A stretch of DNA of 64,000 nucleotides from Harriotta raleighana. Taxonomy: Eukaryota. The notes below the pieces were generated by a model. That model had not been told where the DNA came from, made no database searches, and worked only from the letters and a program-made list of their open reading frames with translations. A program made the position numbers and the translations under genes. This document shows positions 37,923-51,875 of this stretch, one piece after another; within the stretch, counting starts at the first letter, position 1, and every line of letters begins with the position of its first letter. The DNA lies in the NCBI GenBank assembly GCA_050575255.1, contig JBNZDD010013634.1:3259538-3323537 (forward strand), given 5' to 3'.

Positions 37923-40211
37923 TAAGTTCTCCCTCCTCAGTTTTAATACGCGACTCAAAATGGGTTTTAATAATTGCTTGCGTTAGAAGTATAATTTGTT
38001 CATATTGAATACATTATTCATTGTGTCTTCATACAAATGACTGTCATCAATGACCAAGCAAATGTTTAAACTGGATTGAATATTTATTTGGGATGTGTTT
38101 TAATGTGGGCTGCGGGTAAAGGGGGAACATATTGTGATTTACTGGGACATCATCAACCCTCCGAAAAGGATTTGTTTTCTCTGAACACGCATTAATCTTC
38201 ATTTTGATTTTGCAAGTGCCTGGTATTTTAGCAGCAATTAAATATTAAGCAGCGTAATCTTGATTTTAATTCATAAAATGGCGGAGGTGATAATTCACAC
38301 ATGCTGCATCAGACAAAGTTACTCTTTATAACACTGACAGCAACAAATGGAGACTCAGCAGAATATATGAGGCTATTAACTTTCATTGACAACGTTCCGC
38401 GAAATAATTTTTCACAGTAAAATATGTCTTAATCCTCCTCACTGAGTAGCCAGAGTGAGATACGGTGGTACGCTTCAAAAACCCCAGTTAATACAAACTG
38501 CAGCCATCAATGAGTTGGTTCAAACATAAATTGCAACCCAAAAAAAAACTGAGGGTAATCACTAGGAAAATTAACCACCTTAAAGGATACCTAATGTAGA
38601 AAACTATGTTAACACAATGAAAAATAATGGTTTTAATTTGTCTCTTTCTGAAGTGGGTTGCTCCAATGTGTTGTCTGTTGCCTGCTTTGGAAGTTGATGG
38701 AGGCAGAATAAATGGAGGATACCTAGCAGTGGGTACTGCTTTTCAATCAAAATCCTACTGAGCACACCAAACATGATGGACAAATGAGTTAGCAGCTTGC
38801 TGTAAGAATGAGAACACAAGCTTCTTTGTTTAACAACAACAACAAAATTACATTTCACGTTGGGAGGATGTCCCAAGGCGCTGAACAGTCAGGTAGGGTC
38901 CAGAGCAGGGGGAGTGGGGTCGGGGTAGGGGGAAGGAGAGTAGGAGAATTGACTGTATCGAGCCATTTTTATTTTGATCAACCGGGTATCTGACATATAT
39001 GGAAACCAACCCATCGCTGTGCTAAAGACTATCCAAACTAATCTGAGAATTCCATGCATCCCACCTACTCATCCAAAGCCATTCCCTGTGGATCCAGGTG
39101 ACAGCATCTCTCCCAAATTGCTTCACAGGATTTTACTGTGAACTACAGCAACTGTATGTAATATTTCTGACTTTTGTTTTGGACCTCGTATCATTGACTG
39201 TGTTCAAATTCCTTTGGAAGTTCCCTTTGATTTGAGTGTTGATCTTGCTTGCTCTAGGCAACACTCAGGATTTTTTGATCAGTTATTGTTTTCCCACAGT
39301 ATTTCCCCCCAGCAACTTGGGCAGCGAATCCATTTTGAATACCATATCTGTGACAACTNCTTGCTCTAGGCAACACTCAGGATTTTTTGATCAGTTATTG
39401 TTTTCCCACTGTATTTCCCCCCAGCAACTTGGGCAGCGAATCCATTTTGAATACCATTGTCTGTGGTATCTGTCAAGGCCAATGTAGATTGTTTCGTTAG
39501 CTAAATCAACTTTAACACTCTTTGCTTTTGCGCCTAATCACTTTATGCACAAATTGAGTGTTGAGCTAAACCTCGGTTTTTTTTCAGGCACCTCAGTCAT
39601 GGTGTCTGCTCCTTAAGAACACCTGAAAGTTAAGATTGAACACTGCTTGAAAATAGTACACCTGACAGGGCTGTAAGTTTAATGGTTCTTGTGTTATTCC
39701 CCACTGATGTAAAGCACTCGCAGAAAGAATCAGCCGAGGGAAACTTTAACTGACTAATGTACACCGTTTAACATACTTAATATCGTAAAATCTTCATCCA
39801 AGGTATTAAATAAACAAATCATTTTCACACTTCCTCAAGAGCAGGTGGTCAGGTGCTTGTAGATTAGAGCAGTCATGAATCCCAGATTGGTTAATGAGCC
39901 TTAGATATTGGGAAGTGTCAGTATCTGAACAAGCTGTGAATCTTCAGTCAGTGAGGATTAGCTTGATCCTTTCAGGGAACAAACACAAGTCATTGAACAC
40001 TGGGGAAATTGTACACCGATCACTAAAATTAGCAATCCTTTCATTCCCTCTTTACAATGGGAGATTTCTATTGTTAGCAATGGATGTACGATCGATCCAA
40101 TTGTCAGTTGGTGCAAGCTTAGATCAGATCATAGACAGGAGTTCTTTCAGCAAAGCAGTGACGTAGATTGCAAACCCACTTAAATGAAGGGCTTAATGTG
40201 TACAAGAAATA

Positions 40212-40697
40212 CAGTAAAACCCTGTTTATCCGACACCCACAGGACCTGGCCAATAGCGGTTAAACAGTTTTCCGGTTNTGGCCAATAGCGGTAAAACAGT
40301 TTTCCGGTTGAATGGTTTTAAAAATATATATATTTTTTAAGTATTTGTTTTTAAAAAATTTTTTAAAAAAAAATATAGCATATTAATAATAGACTCAATA
40401 ATAACAGAATATTATATCAGTACTTTATTATTTATACTTAACTTCGCAATGGCAGCCCTCACCCGACGGAGGTAAAAAAAACCCCGCAACTTTTAAAAGG
40501 AACAGGAGCGACTTTAGACTCGACTAGTGGCCAGCCGATATATCTGCACCAGTACTCGTGTGCGACAAGCGATTCATTAAATGCGTCATCACTATTTGTC
40601 GGATAACTTCCTGTTCATCGAAGCGGGACTTTTTTTTGGAGATGGCGGTTGACGGGTTTTCCGGTTCATTGAGTCACGGATAAATGAGGTTTTACTG
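40212..40697. mobile_element. Second pogo/Tigger-like MITE related to 23048-23396
   Basis: ta|cagtaaaaccctgtttatccg ... cggataaatgaggttttactg; shares the internal ttaataatagact..taacag.atatt motif; right TA not preserved; contains an N at 40278. Confidence 0.82.
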
Positions 40698-41822
40698 CTG
40701 TGAACAACACTGAGTATATGATACTAGTTGAATCTCATTTAAAATGGGACACCAGACATCGCAGAGCTTTTTACTTTTGTTATTTCAAATGATTTTTGAT
40801 CCTGCATCAACGCTTCATTACAGGGCCATTTACTGCCAGATTATGACTACTTTCGTCCTGTGAATTCTTGCTCATTTCTTCCATTTCTCAATTCGAATCA
40901 TCATAACCACCCAAGAGTAGAGTCTGCACTCGGTCGAACCAGAGCCACACAAGGTCAAAGGACGGTGTGCGAACATACGGTACATGTTACTAGAGCTGTC
41001 AGTTTAATTGAAGTGTTCACAAAGGAAAGAAGGCAGTTATCTTCATTGTGTCCATGATATCAGCACAGCTGAGAATGTGTGCAATGTGCTTGCATACACA
41101 GTATTTTAGTTTGTATGTATTTCTCTTGAGTAATAAAGGTCAGAATGATTTGTTCCCTCCAGCCGTGCAGTAACCCTGGCTAGACTACTAAAGGGTGTTT
41201 AACTTTCGCTACTTCGTTCTCTCTCCTGTTGACAGTCTGGGTAAATTGAGAACCTCTTCCCCACAGTGCTGGGGAAAAATGATTCCAAAATGAGCCGTGA
41301 CATAAAATTGTAGAAATATGTCCATTAGGAGTGCCTGCTGTGTGCGGAGACTAGAAAAGGCACAGCATTGCACGCAGACATTATCTGACTTTATGGTTTA
41401 TTAGTACCTGATAGTTCTGCAATGTTTGTGATCTCAGTGGTGTCTGAATCTCTAGGCCAGCAATGACAAATGTTCAACACTGTCGGCACAGCAGTCGGAT
41501 GCTGTGTTCTTTTACCTTTTTACCACTGCCATGCGGGGCGAGACATTAATGAGTGGCAACATGGTGTGAGAAGCACCTGGAGGTTTGCAGGCACTTGTCC
41601 AATTAGCAAGCTTTCACCTCACCCCCATATTGCTTTGGATATAAAGTTTTTGCTTCCTCCTTGCTCCCCACCCCCAGCCACCTTTTTATCTGTTGCATTT
41701 GGGGAGGAGGCAAGAGGGACAAAGACTCTCAGTATGAGCTCATGCCCAACATGCTCCTGCTGCACATTCCTTGTGTTCAAGCTTACAGGGTGGGTGGGGT
41801 GGTGAGATCTTTAACTTATGTG

Positions 41823-41970
41823 TAATGATGATAATTATAATAATAATCCTTGCATTTGATGTAGCGCTTTTCACGTCTTCTAGATGTCTCAAAGCGCTCC
41901 ACAGAAAATACTGTAAAGTGAATTGATTGTATGTATATTTGTGGGCGAAATGTGGCAACCAATTGCGCCT
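41823..41970 (-). mobile_element. Family A SINE 3' half
   Basis: taataatccttgcatttgatgtagcgcttttcacgtc...ccaattgcgc. Confidence 0.85.
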
Positions 41971-42059
41971 AAAGTGTAGCACTGGACTTTATTCACTGAT
42001 GTAGACCATCCATCTATCAGCAAACTTGTGAAGAGTTCCAAGGAGATGCTTCTATTATG

Positions 42060-42250
42060 ATAAGATGGTTGATAAGATCATGTTTAGAAACACTGTGTGC
42101 AATTTGGGGTTTCCTGCATTGAAAACACCATTGACAGGCTGGAAAGAATTCAGTGTAAAGTCACCAACGGAATCCGAATGTAAGGCTCTGAGCTAATAAT
42201 AAGTTTCAGAAACTGATCTCGTTGTTGTTGAAGATGAAGAGTGACTAGCA
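42060..42250 (+). mobile_element. Very old CR1 ORF2 remnant
   Basis: ttagaaacactgtgtgcaatttgggg...gacaggctggaaagaattcag resembles LEYCVQFW...LERVQ. Confidence 0.45.
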
Positions 42251-42913
42251 ACCACAAGTGAGACTAGAAGACACCATCAGTGTGGACTTCCTTCAAGGCG
42301 AAATAAGGGTTGGGAGGAAGAGCCTTGATTTTCGATTCAGCGTTTTCACTGAAGGCTGGTTGAAGATGAAGAAAAAAAGATTATTTTGCCTAAACCCTAA
42401 TGACATCTACCCTTTTACTCCCTTCCTTCCTCCCACACACCCTACATTGAAATTCACACATTTGGAGGAGGGAAATAAATGCTCAAATCCAAAGATTTGA
42501 TAGTTTGTTGTAGTACTGTAGTAAGCAATTTTGAGACGCTTTCAAAAATGCAAACATAGTGCTACACAGGTCTGCAACATTTAAATGAATGATAAATTGC
42601 TTTGAGTATTTGGATATTTGACCATCATTTTACTGCCAATTCGAGTTCTGGGTGGAGGTAGCTGCACTAATTGCTGCAGAGATGAAATCATTCATCATCA
42701 TAGCTGAATATTGGGTGGAAAAATGCATTTTCCCATCACTCATTATAATTCAAGGAATCAATTATTGTGCGCTGGAGGCTAAAGGTGCAGTTTGCATGTG
42801 GAGCAGATGTCTGTTAAAATCTAGTTTTTCGCTGGGAATTGCACCAGGTCAGCTTATCAATCAGATCAAACATGAGGGCATGGTGGACTGATGCTGTAGA
42901 GATTTGATAAACT

Positions 42914-43217
42914 AATAATAATAATCCTTTGCATTTGATACGGCGCTTTTCACTTCTTCTCAACGTCTCAAAGCGCTTCGCAGAATATACTGTAAAGTGA
43001 ATTGACTGTATATTTGTGGGCGAAACACGGCAGCCAATTGCACACAGCAGTGTCCCACAAACCGTCATGGATTAAAATGAGCAATTTTATTATTGTTGGT
43101 TTTTTGGAGAGATTAGGATTAGGTGTGTGGAAGAAGGAAACTTGCCCAAGGTTTTGCCCTGAGCTGCCTGGATTCGAACACAAATCTCGAGTGCGCTAAC
43201 CATTGAGCTACAGGATT
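42914..43217 (-). mobile_element. Family A SINE, full length
   Basis: Reverse-complement homologue of 30884-31196. Confidence 0.92.
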
Positions 43218-44210
43218 AGCTCACCATTATTCACCATTATGACCTTCTCTTTAATAATATATATTTTTTAATGGTCTGTTCATAGTTACTGGCCCATCCG
43301 TCCATCCAGTGAAGAGGTTTGAGCAGACAATATGGGGAGTAAGCACAATGCCATTCCTGCTGAGTTCAAAAAGCAAATCGCTGCCAAATTCCTCGTGATT
43401 CCCTGCCAAATGTGCAGTACAAATGCAGCATGAGTGACACAAAATACTAGTAACAGCATGCCTCAAGTTTATGGGGGAGTTAAATTGTACTTTCTCATTC
43501 AATAATAATAACAATAATTATTTACAGTTAAACACATTCTACTGTATTTGAAAATGGATGGTGAGAATCAAAATGGTTTTCAGTTACAATTACACGCCGT
43601 CCTAATTACACTAAACCCCTATTGTTTGCAGTTTGCTTATAAAAACGTCAACCGCCTATTTTTTTTACTGTCGCAATTTAGGTTGCTGTTGTCATTGGAT
43701 TGCCCAGCCCAGTTTAGTTGGTTCTTCTTTGCACACCATGTGGATCGTGGAGGGAATGTTACGACCAGTGACTTGTTCAATGCATTTTTACCTCTGCCAG
43801 TGCGAGATCACCAATGGTGTGACATGGCCTCTTCTTCAAAGCCCAGAACTGATCCGAATTGACTGAATCCCACTCCACTTCTTGTGTGGCTGCAATACAA
43901 AACAAAGCGCACAAGATTTCTACTGTAACTGCCACTGTAACCAATGCATAGTTTGTGTTGTATTATTAGCCTTGTTTTCTCTTATCATTTCTCTATGTCT
44001 TCAGTTTCAAGCTAATTATCAGTCCATTTCAAAAAAACTATTGCTTGACAATCGAGAGGACCCAATAATACACATATATATTATAATAACCCTTGCATTT
44101 CATATAGCGCTTTTCACGTCTTATCGACGTCTCAATAACTTGTATAAATAAGAAGCTTGTGATTTTGCAGAACAACACACTAACTATATCAACTTTCTCT
44201 TTTTATTCAG

Positions 44211-44244
44211 CTCACCCCATTACGCCTGTCCTGAAGTCATCAGG
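44211..44244 (+). CDS. BRSK2: BRSK2 exon 6 equivalent (34 bp): SPHYACPEVIR
   Basis: tttctctttttattcag acceptor, gtaagc donor; continues the frame from the previous exon; CPE in place of APE is characteristic of BRSK1/2. Confidence 0.96.
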
Positions 44245-45418
44245 GTAAGCATCTTCCCTGGAGGAATTTGATAACCGTTTCTTAATTGAACTGTGAAAGC
44301 ATCCCACCAATGCTTGTCGTTCAGCCAATCATATTTCGAGAAGTTAATGTTTTCTCAGGTAGCCATGTAAATATCGTTTGGTGCAGTGAAGTGAAATAAA
44401 TGAGTTATGTTTTCAAACGACTAAAATAAAGGAAAGGTGAAAAGTGCAGATTTATTACAGTCATTAGATTCCTTTACACTTGGCAAATAGATTTTGCGCA
44501 GCAGAACCCTCTTTATAAATGCACTAGGGGGGTCCATAAAGCAACATTGTGTTACTGCGGGCTGTAAAGCCAAAATGGCTGTTGAGAAATGCAATGCGAG
44601 TTCAATAAAAAAAGGATGATGGTTACAGGTGAGAGACTTTACGGAGTTCACAGAGCCAAGGCTCCTGTTCCTCGAGGCTGCTTCCTCACTCTTTTCTTTC
44701 CACTGCTTCTCCTGCACCCACTCTTACTGTCTGTTCTTTCATTCTACCACCTTCTCTGGTTCTGAGAAGCTCACGAAAAGGTCTTCGCTCCTCTGTGACT
44801 AAGTGCTAAATGGCAGCACTTCCATCATCCTTATCCAAGCCCACAAAAAACAGAATTTCCTCCCTAAACATGGATCGAGATTTTTTAAAGAAAAATCAAT
44901 AAACAATCTTATCCAAAAATATCATCTACGCTGGCAGGAAGAAAACTAATTCTGTAAAAAGGATTTGAGCGTGACTGCCATAGTCTTTGTGCTGCTACAG
45001 TACTGTTGATTGTCGAATGATTCAGCTAAAGTGCTGAACATGAGACATGTAGTTAAGTGATTGGCAGTGGTCAGTGCACTTGAAGCAGCAGTTGTGACAG
45101 CAGTGGAGAAAGGATTAATACTGTCTTTATATAGCTTTCCTGGACTGAATCCATGACTTAAGTAGCCTCAATTGTAAGAGGAAACATCAGGAGGAAACCT
45201 TAAAGAGGAAACGAGTTTTAACTACAACAACAACAACACTACATTATAAACCTAGATCAAATTGTCTTTACAGTTCCATTATTACCGGACGTTGGCTTGG
45301 TACCATCCAACTCTCAGTTAGTTATCCAGCGAACTCGTCAAAGAAATGTCGAAAAAATGCAACTTTGATCTGAGAGCACATTGTGAAAGACTCATAATTT
45401 GTTCCAATTGTCTTTTTT

Positions 45419-45440
45419 TCTCTCTCTCTCTCTCTCTCTC
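45419..45440. repeat. (TC)n microsatellite
   Basis: Read directly. Confidence 0.9.
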
Positions 45441-47029
45441 CCAAAGAAATGGGGAAAATGCCAGGCTATTACCGATGGATAACTGGTGATGTTTCAGTTA
45501 TGCTGCATAAAAAGAAACTGTTTGCTCTGACATTGGAATTTGAGACTGGTGGCAGCTTGACACAGCTCCCACAAGATTGTGGCTGAAGGGCTGATCCATT
45601 TGGTCAGACCATTTGAAAGAGTAACAGCCGTGTTGAGTTGTAACTGAAGCCTCCAGCAACCCATTTATCCCATTTGCTCCCATCATCCGCTGAATGAGAG
45701 GTAGTTTCACAAAATAAAATAAAGTTACCCGATTCCTATTAAGTTTGCAATGTAGCATTACTGCTCAGTGGTAATGTCTACAGGGAGAAATTCCACACTG
45801 GTGTAGATTTAGACTATTTATGGAGCATTGTAGATCATTCCTCTGCAAAATTGGTGAATTTGTAAATGCAGCATTCATTTTTGAGTCTGGCTCCCCTTTA
45901 AATTCTTTGCAAGCAAGTACAGAAACCCAATTTCAAAGTTTAGAAGAATTCATCATTTCTGCCGGATTCTGGATGCTTTAACATGCTGCAGAAACTGCTG
46001 GAATTTCACCCCACATTTGTACTTCAATGCATTTCCCAATTACCATTGCGCATGACTCACCAAGATTGCAGAGGTGGAAGATGAGTTCAAAGAGGAGTGA
46101 TGAAATTATGATGTAAAACTGGAAGGGATTGGAGTCATTTAATCTATTATTAGATCAAGGTGCATAAATATAAAAAATGGGACTTTTAAAATTTGTGATA
46201 TGAAACCCATGATGGTTTTTATGAGGTTTTGAAAACTCTTAAAAGGAAAATTGTAATCTTATATGTGTCGGATTGCACTATCTGTGTGCTGCTCTGCTAC
46301 AGATTCATCATACGTGCCACAATGCCTTTTTTTTATCAACTTCAGTTTGCTGGCAGTAATTACTGCTGATGATATAACTGTGACAAGGCTAAGGGACTTG
46401 TTCAGGATTTATCCAATGAAGCAACCCAAGTATTGTGTATTATTCAATCAATCTGCTTGTTGGATAAGTACCAAGTCCGATGGGTCCCCAATGTAACTTG
46501 ACATAATTGTGCTGTTCTACAAGGAGCTAAAATTCATTACAAGAAGTGCAAGGGATAGGTTAATCTGCTATACTAAGTGCGTGTTAGTTACTGCAACATG
46601 TTTCTTATTGGGGAGGGGTGAACTTGATGTTTTTCAGCAAAGCTTTGCCAGGGACCAAGGGAAAGGTTTGTCATAGTGGGAGATTTGTAATAATTCAAGC
46701 CTCCTATAATGAGGCTTGATTTTACTTCAAGTAATGTATCCACTCATCAGCCATACACCATCAGCACTTCAGGCAAAATAAAAGTAAAATTCTTACGTTC
46801 ATTAATAATTACTTCTCAAAACCACAGGTTGGTAATTTTATGCTAATAGTGAATACCTCTAATGAGGCCATAAAATTCTAATAAAAACATATGAACATAG
46901 GGTCCAACCGAAATATGTAATATCAAAGAGCCGCATTTCACTGGGAACATGGAAACCTTTTCCCTGACCTTTAATTTAAGTTTCAATCACACAGATAATC
47001 TAATTCAGTTAGAAATACATTAGTTTGAT

Positions 47030-47290
47030 ATAGCAGTCTCGTCTGGCCTCTGGGACTGAAGGATATGGGTCCAAGCCCCATTCCAGAGCCCGAGTCCAAA
47101 TCCCTGACTGTCCAACGCCTTGGGACATCCTTCTGACTTGAAAGTCACTAAACAAATGTAATTTGATATTGTATTGTAATGCCTGGCTAGAGATGCCATC
47201 CTTTGAATGTGGCATTAAGATGAGAGTCCTGTCTACCTATTGAAGCCGACATTTAAATATATCACATCACTTTTTAACAAAGAGTATAGA
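47030..47290 (+). mobile_element. Degraded SacSINE1-like SINE pieces with a (TGT)-type tail; duplicated at 51008-51268
   Basis: gcctctgggactgaaggatatgggtccaagcccc head; cgccttgggacatcc...caaatgtaatttg tail, also seen at about 31975-32033 (+) and 38830-38885 (-). Confidence 0.55.
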
Positions 47291-47786
47291 AACGCTTCAT
47301 ATATAGCCAAGGGACCCCAGCGCATGCCTTTAGATGAGACACATTGAAGTCCACGACTGGAGGTTCAATGCTGCATCATATTCTCCCCAAGGCTTAAGTA
47401 CCACATCCACACTCTGGTTCTCTATTGCTGCGTTGCCGGAAAACAAAAAAGCCTGGAGTGTTTTTGAACTAAAAAAAAATGTACAAAGTACTTCAATTTA
47501 ATCGGTCTCTCCAGTCAAGCTTATTGCACGCTTAATTAACTGTCAAAAAGTTGTTCAAAGTACAGTATTTGTACTTCGCTTAAAGGTCCATTAATAAACA
47601 TCAATTAAAAAAAAACTTTTTCCTTAAATGACTTTAGTGGTCCCGGAACTAGTTTCTCTAGTGTTTTGTCATTGAAGAGCTGATGGTTGTAGGCGGAGGG
47701 TGAGGATGATAATGCAATAGCATTTTACTTTAATCACCACATAGCTCTGTGCAGAGGTTTCCTAATTGAAAAATGTGTTCATTTAG

Positions 47787-47897
<111 letters not shown>

Positions 47898-48342
47898 TGA
47901 GCTTTTGATGCTCAGAGACCTATTATGAGAGGATTAGTATTTAGTATTTTTGGCTTAATGGCAATTTGAATCTATTTTACTTTGCTACTCATAGAATTAA
48001 TGATAATTTTATGCAGTACATTTGTAGAATTTATTGTATTGTGAAGAGTTGCTGCTGTGCTGTCAGACAGCGGCAAGTTGAGCACCCAGAGGGTTTTATT
48101 TGACATCGATGTCGCTCATATCCATATCAAACGTGCTACAAGTGTAGAAACATTGATGGATCCTTTTGGCTTCCAGTAACTTATGATCAGCAGCCTGTAA
48201 ATATCTTCAACGACATTGTTATGTTGAAGCTCACCCAACGAGAAGGCCTTTGCTCTAGTGTGGACCTGAGCCATGCATGCAACTAAAGTTGTTGATTCCA
48301 TCAGATAGGGATTGGCCTTAACCATATGTACAAAGGCGTCAG

Positions 48343-48642
48343 ATAACAATAATCCTTGAATTTGATATAGCATTTTCACATCCTTTAGACGTCTCAAAGT
48401 GTTTCACCGAATATACTGTAAAGAGAATTGACTGTATATGTGGGCGAAGTGCAGCAGCCAATTGCATACAGCAGTGTCCCACAAATACTCTTGCATTGGA
48501 ATGATCAATTTATTGTTGTTTTTCGAGGGATCAATATCAGGCGTGTGGAGTAAGGGAACTTGCCCAAGGTTTCACCCTGCCTGGAAATGAACCCAGGTCT
48601 CTCTTGCAAGGCGAGTGCTCTAACCACTGACCTGGAGACTCC
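48343..48642 (-). mobile_element. Family A SINE, full length; duplicated at 52321-52620
   Basis: Tail, Deu core, gtggagtaagggaacttgcccaagg, gcaaggcgagtgctctaaccactga. Confidence 0.9.
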
Positions 48643-51600
48643 ACATGATACTACACAGTGTTTTGACTCATTTGATTGTTATTTTTCTCTTCGTTGGTTG
48701 TATAACCAGCTTTATTCACCCAGTTCCAAGTCTGAACTCACAAATGGTAAAATGTAACTGAAACTTTCGCGGGAAAAACATTACCTACAATTCCCAGTAC
48801 ACTTTCAACTGAAGCGAATGATAGTGTGGTTCACAAAAAAGTCCAGTGTACTGTACTTCGAAGTGTATTTTCCATCAGAAATAATTACCAAATAGACAAA
48901 TAGGGTTGACATATTATGAGCAAATAAATGTATGCTGTTGAGAAGTAGGGTATTTAGGAATGTACTAATCCCTTTTTGACCTCTCGCAAAGTATATTTTC
49001 TAACACATAAATAAACTGAATCTCCTTGTAACCCTATTCTGGAGTACCTCAAGCCAAATACGCTTTCATAGTGTGAGTTTGCATTTTTGCAAACAAAAGA
49101 AGCAAAATGTGTGCACGTCAATCATTGTCACACTCTCATTATTGTTGGAGCTGAGTTATAGAATAATGTTGCTGCATTTCCCATCTGTAATTGGATCTGT
49201 GGTGAAAGTAATCACATTAAAACCTATAACACATAGAAAGAGCATATGATTTGACATTTTAAAATAGCCATTTTTCTTTCATCATTATTTAATGTGGGCC
49301 ATGATCTCTGCTTCCTTGGCTCTGACATTAATTACACAGGGCTGTCCTTTGATCAAAAAGCTTTTATTTATAGCTAGTATTAATCATGGCCTGGGGATAA
49401 ATTCTGTTGTGTTCTGCAATGTGGTATGCCGTTACTTTGTCAGAAATCAAGCAGTTACAAAGAAAGAAATGCCGGAAGATTTTCTAATTATTTCCTCCCT
49501 GAGGAACCACCCTCATTTTGAGAAACTGATCAGAATCTCTATTACAAAATGCTGGGTATAAACTGGATCAATGAATTTCATTTTCTAGAGATTATTTTCA
49601 TTATTTTCTTTAAATTGCAGAATGTTCAGGGCAGATATTGCCTTCAAAGTGGACTCGGCACAGAATGTCCTTTGCAAGCGTCCTGTGTATATTTATTTTC
49701 TGTTTGATCAGATTAATTGAGGGGATATCCTCTTCCCTGATGGCATTTCCTGCTCCTATGAGTTTTCAAAGCTGATAAAACTAAAACATTGAGTGACTGT
49801 AAGATCCAAAGTCCTTTTCAAGGTTGCATTGCAATAGTATTTATTGGAACCAATGTATTGCTTACTGCTGTACATGTATCCGCTAAAGCAGCTTGTTCTT
49901 GTTTGTCACATTTCAAGCGTTTAAAAGCGATTGTGTTTGATTCTCATTATCCTTGAACCCTTTAAAGGGATTATATTGCTATATGGCGTGGTGTAATACT
50001 GCATGCAATCTGCTACTGTGAAGAAATTATTTATTGGAGGGGTAGTTTTAATTGTCAAACGTGGCAATATCCACAAGAAAATTCAACCATGATAGACTGG
50101 ATTCAGTCACACAAAATATATGGCATGCTTGCACTTTTAAGTCTACTTTGAAGCAATATCTGTCCTGAACATTCTGCAATTTAAAGAAAATAATGGGAAT
50201 AATCTCTGCCAAATGAAATTCATTGAACAGATTTATGCAGAGCGTTTTTAATAGAGATTCTTGGTAGAGATAGCAAGTAAGGATTGGGGGTGGGNNNNNN
50301 NNNNTTTTTTTTATCAACTTCAGTTTGCTGGCAGTAATTACTGCTGATGATATAACTGTGACAAGGCTAAGGGACTTGTTCAGGATTTATCCAATGAAGC
50401 AACCCAAGTATTGTGTATTATTCAATCAATCTGCTTGTTGGATAAGTACCAAGTCCGATGGGTCCCCAATGTAACTTGACATAATTGTGCTGTTCTACAA
50501 GGAGCTAAAATTCATTACAAGAAGTGCAAGGGATAGGTTAATCTGCTATACTAAGTGCGTGTTAGTTACTGCAACATGTTTCTTATTGGGGAGGGGTGAA
50601 CTTGATGTTTTTCAGCAAAGCTTTGCCAGGGACCAAGGGAAAGGTTTGTCATAGTGGGAGATTTGTAATAATTCAAGCCTCCTATAATGAGGCTTGATTT
50701 TACTTCAAGTAATGTATCCACTCATCAGCCATACACCATCAGCACTTCAGGCAAAATAAAAGTAAAATTCTTACGTTCATTAATAATTACTTCTCAAAAC
50801 CACAGGTTGGTAATTTTATGCTAATAGTGAATACCTCTAATGAGGCCATAAAATTCTAATAAAAACATATGAACATAGGGTCCAACCGAAATATGTAATA
50901 TCAAAGAGCCGCATTTCACTGGGAACATGGAAACCTTTTCCCTGACCTTTAATTTAAGTTTCAATCACACAGATAATCTAATTCAGTTAGAAATACATTA
51001 GTTTGATATAGCAGTCTCGTCTGGCCTCTGGGACTGAAGGATATGGGTCCAAGCCCCATTCCAGAGCCCGAGTCCAAATCCCTGACTGTCCAACGCCTTG
51101 GGACATCCTTCTGACTTGAAAGTCACTAAACAAATGTAATTTGATATTGTATTGTAATGCCTGGCTAGAGATGCCATCCTTTGAATGTGGCATTAAGATG
51201 AGAGTCCTGTCTACCTATTGAAGCCGACATTTAAATATATCACATCACTTTTTAACAAAGAGTATAGAAACGCTTCATATATAGCCAAGGGACCCCAGCG
51301 CATGCCTTTAGATGAGACACATTGAAGTCCACGACTGGAGGTTCAATGCTGCATCATATTCTCCCCAAGGCTTAAGTACCACATCCACACTCTGGTTCTC
51401 TATTGCTGCGTTGCCGGAAAACAAAAAAGCCTGGAGTGTTTTTGAACTAAAAAAAAATGTACAAAGTACTTCAATTTAATCGGTCTCTCCAGTCAAGCTT
51501 ATTGCACGCTTAATTAACTGTCAAAAAGTTGTTCAAAGTACAGTATTTGTACTTCGCTTAAAGGTCCATTAATAAACATCAATTAAAAAAAAACTTTTTC

Positions 51601-51764
51601 CTTAAATGACTTTAGTGGTCCCGGAACTAGTTTCTCTAGTGTTTTGTCATTGAAGAGCTGATGGTTGTAGGCGGAGGGTGAGGATGATAATGCAATAGCA
51701 TTTTACTTTAATCACCACATAGCTCTGTGCAGAGGTTTCCTAATTGAAAAATGTGTTCATTTAG

Positions 51765-51875
<111 letters not shown>

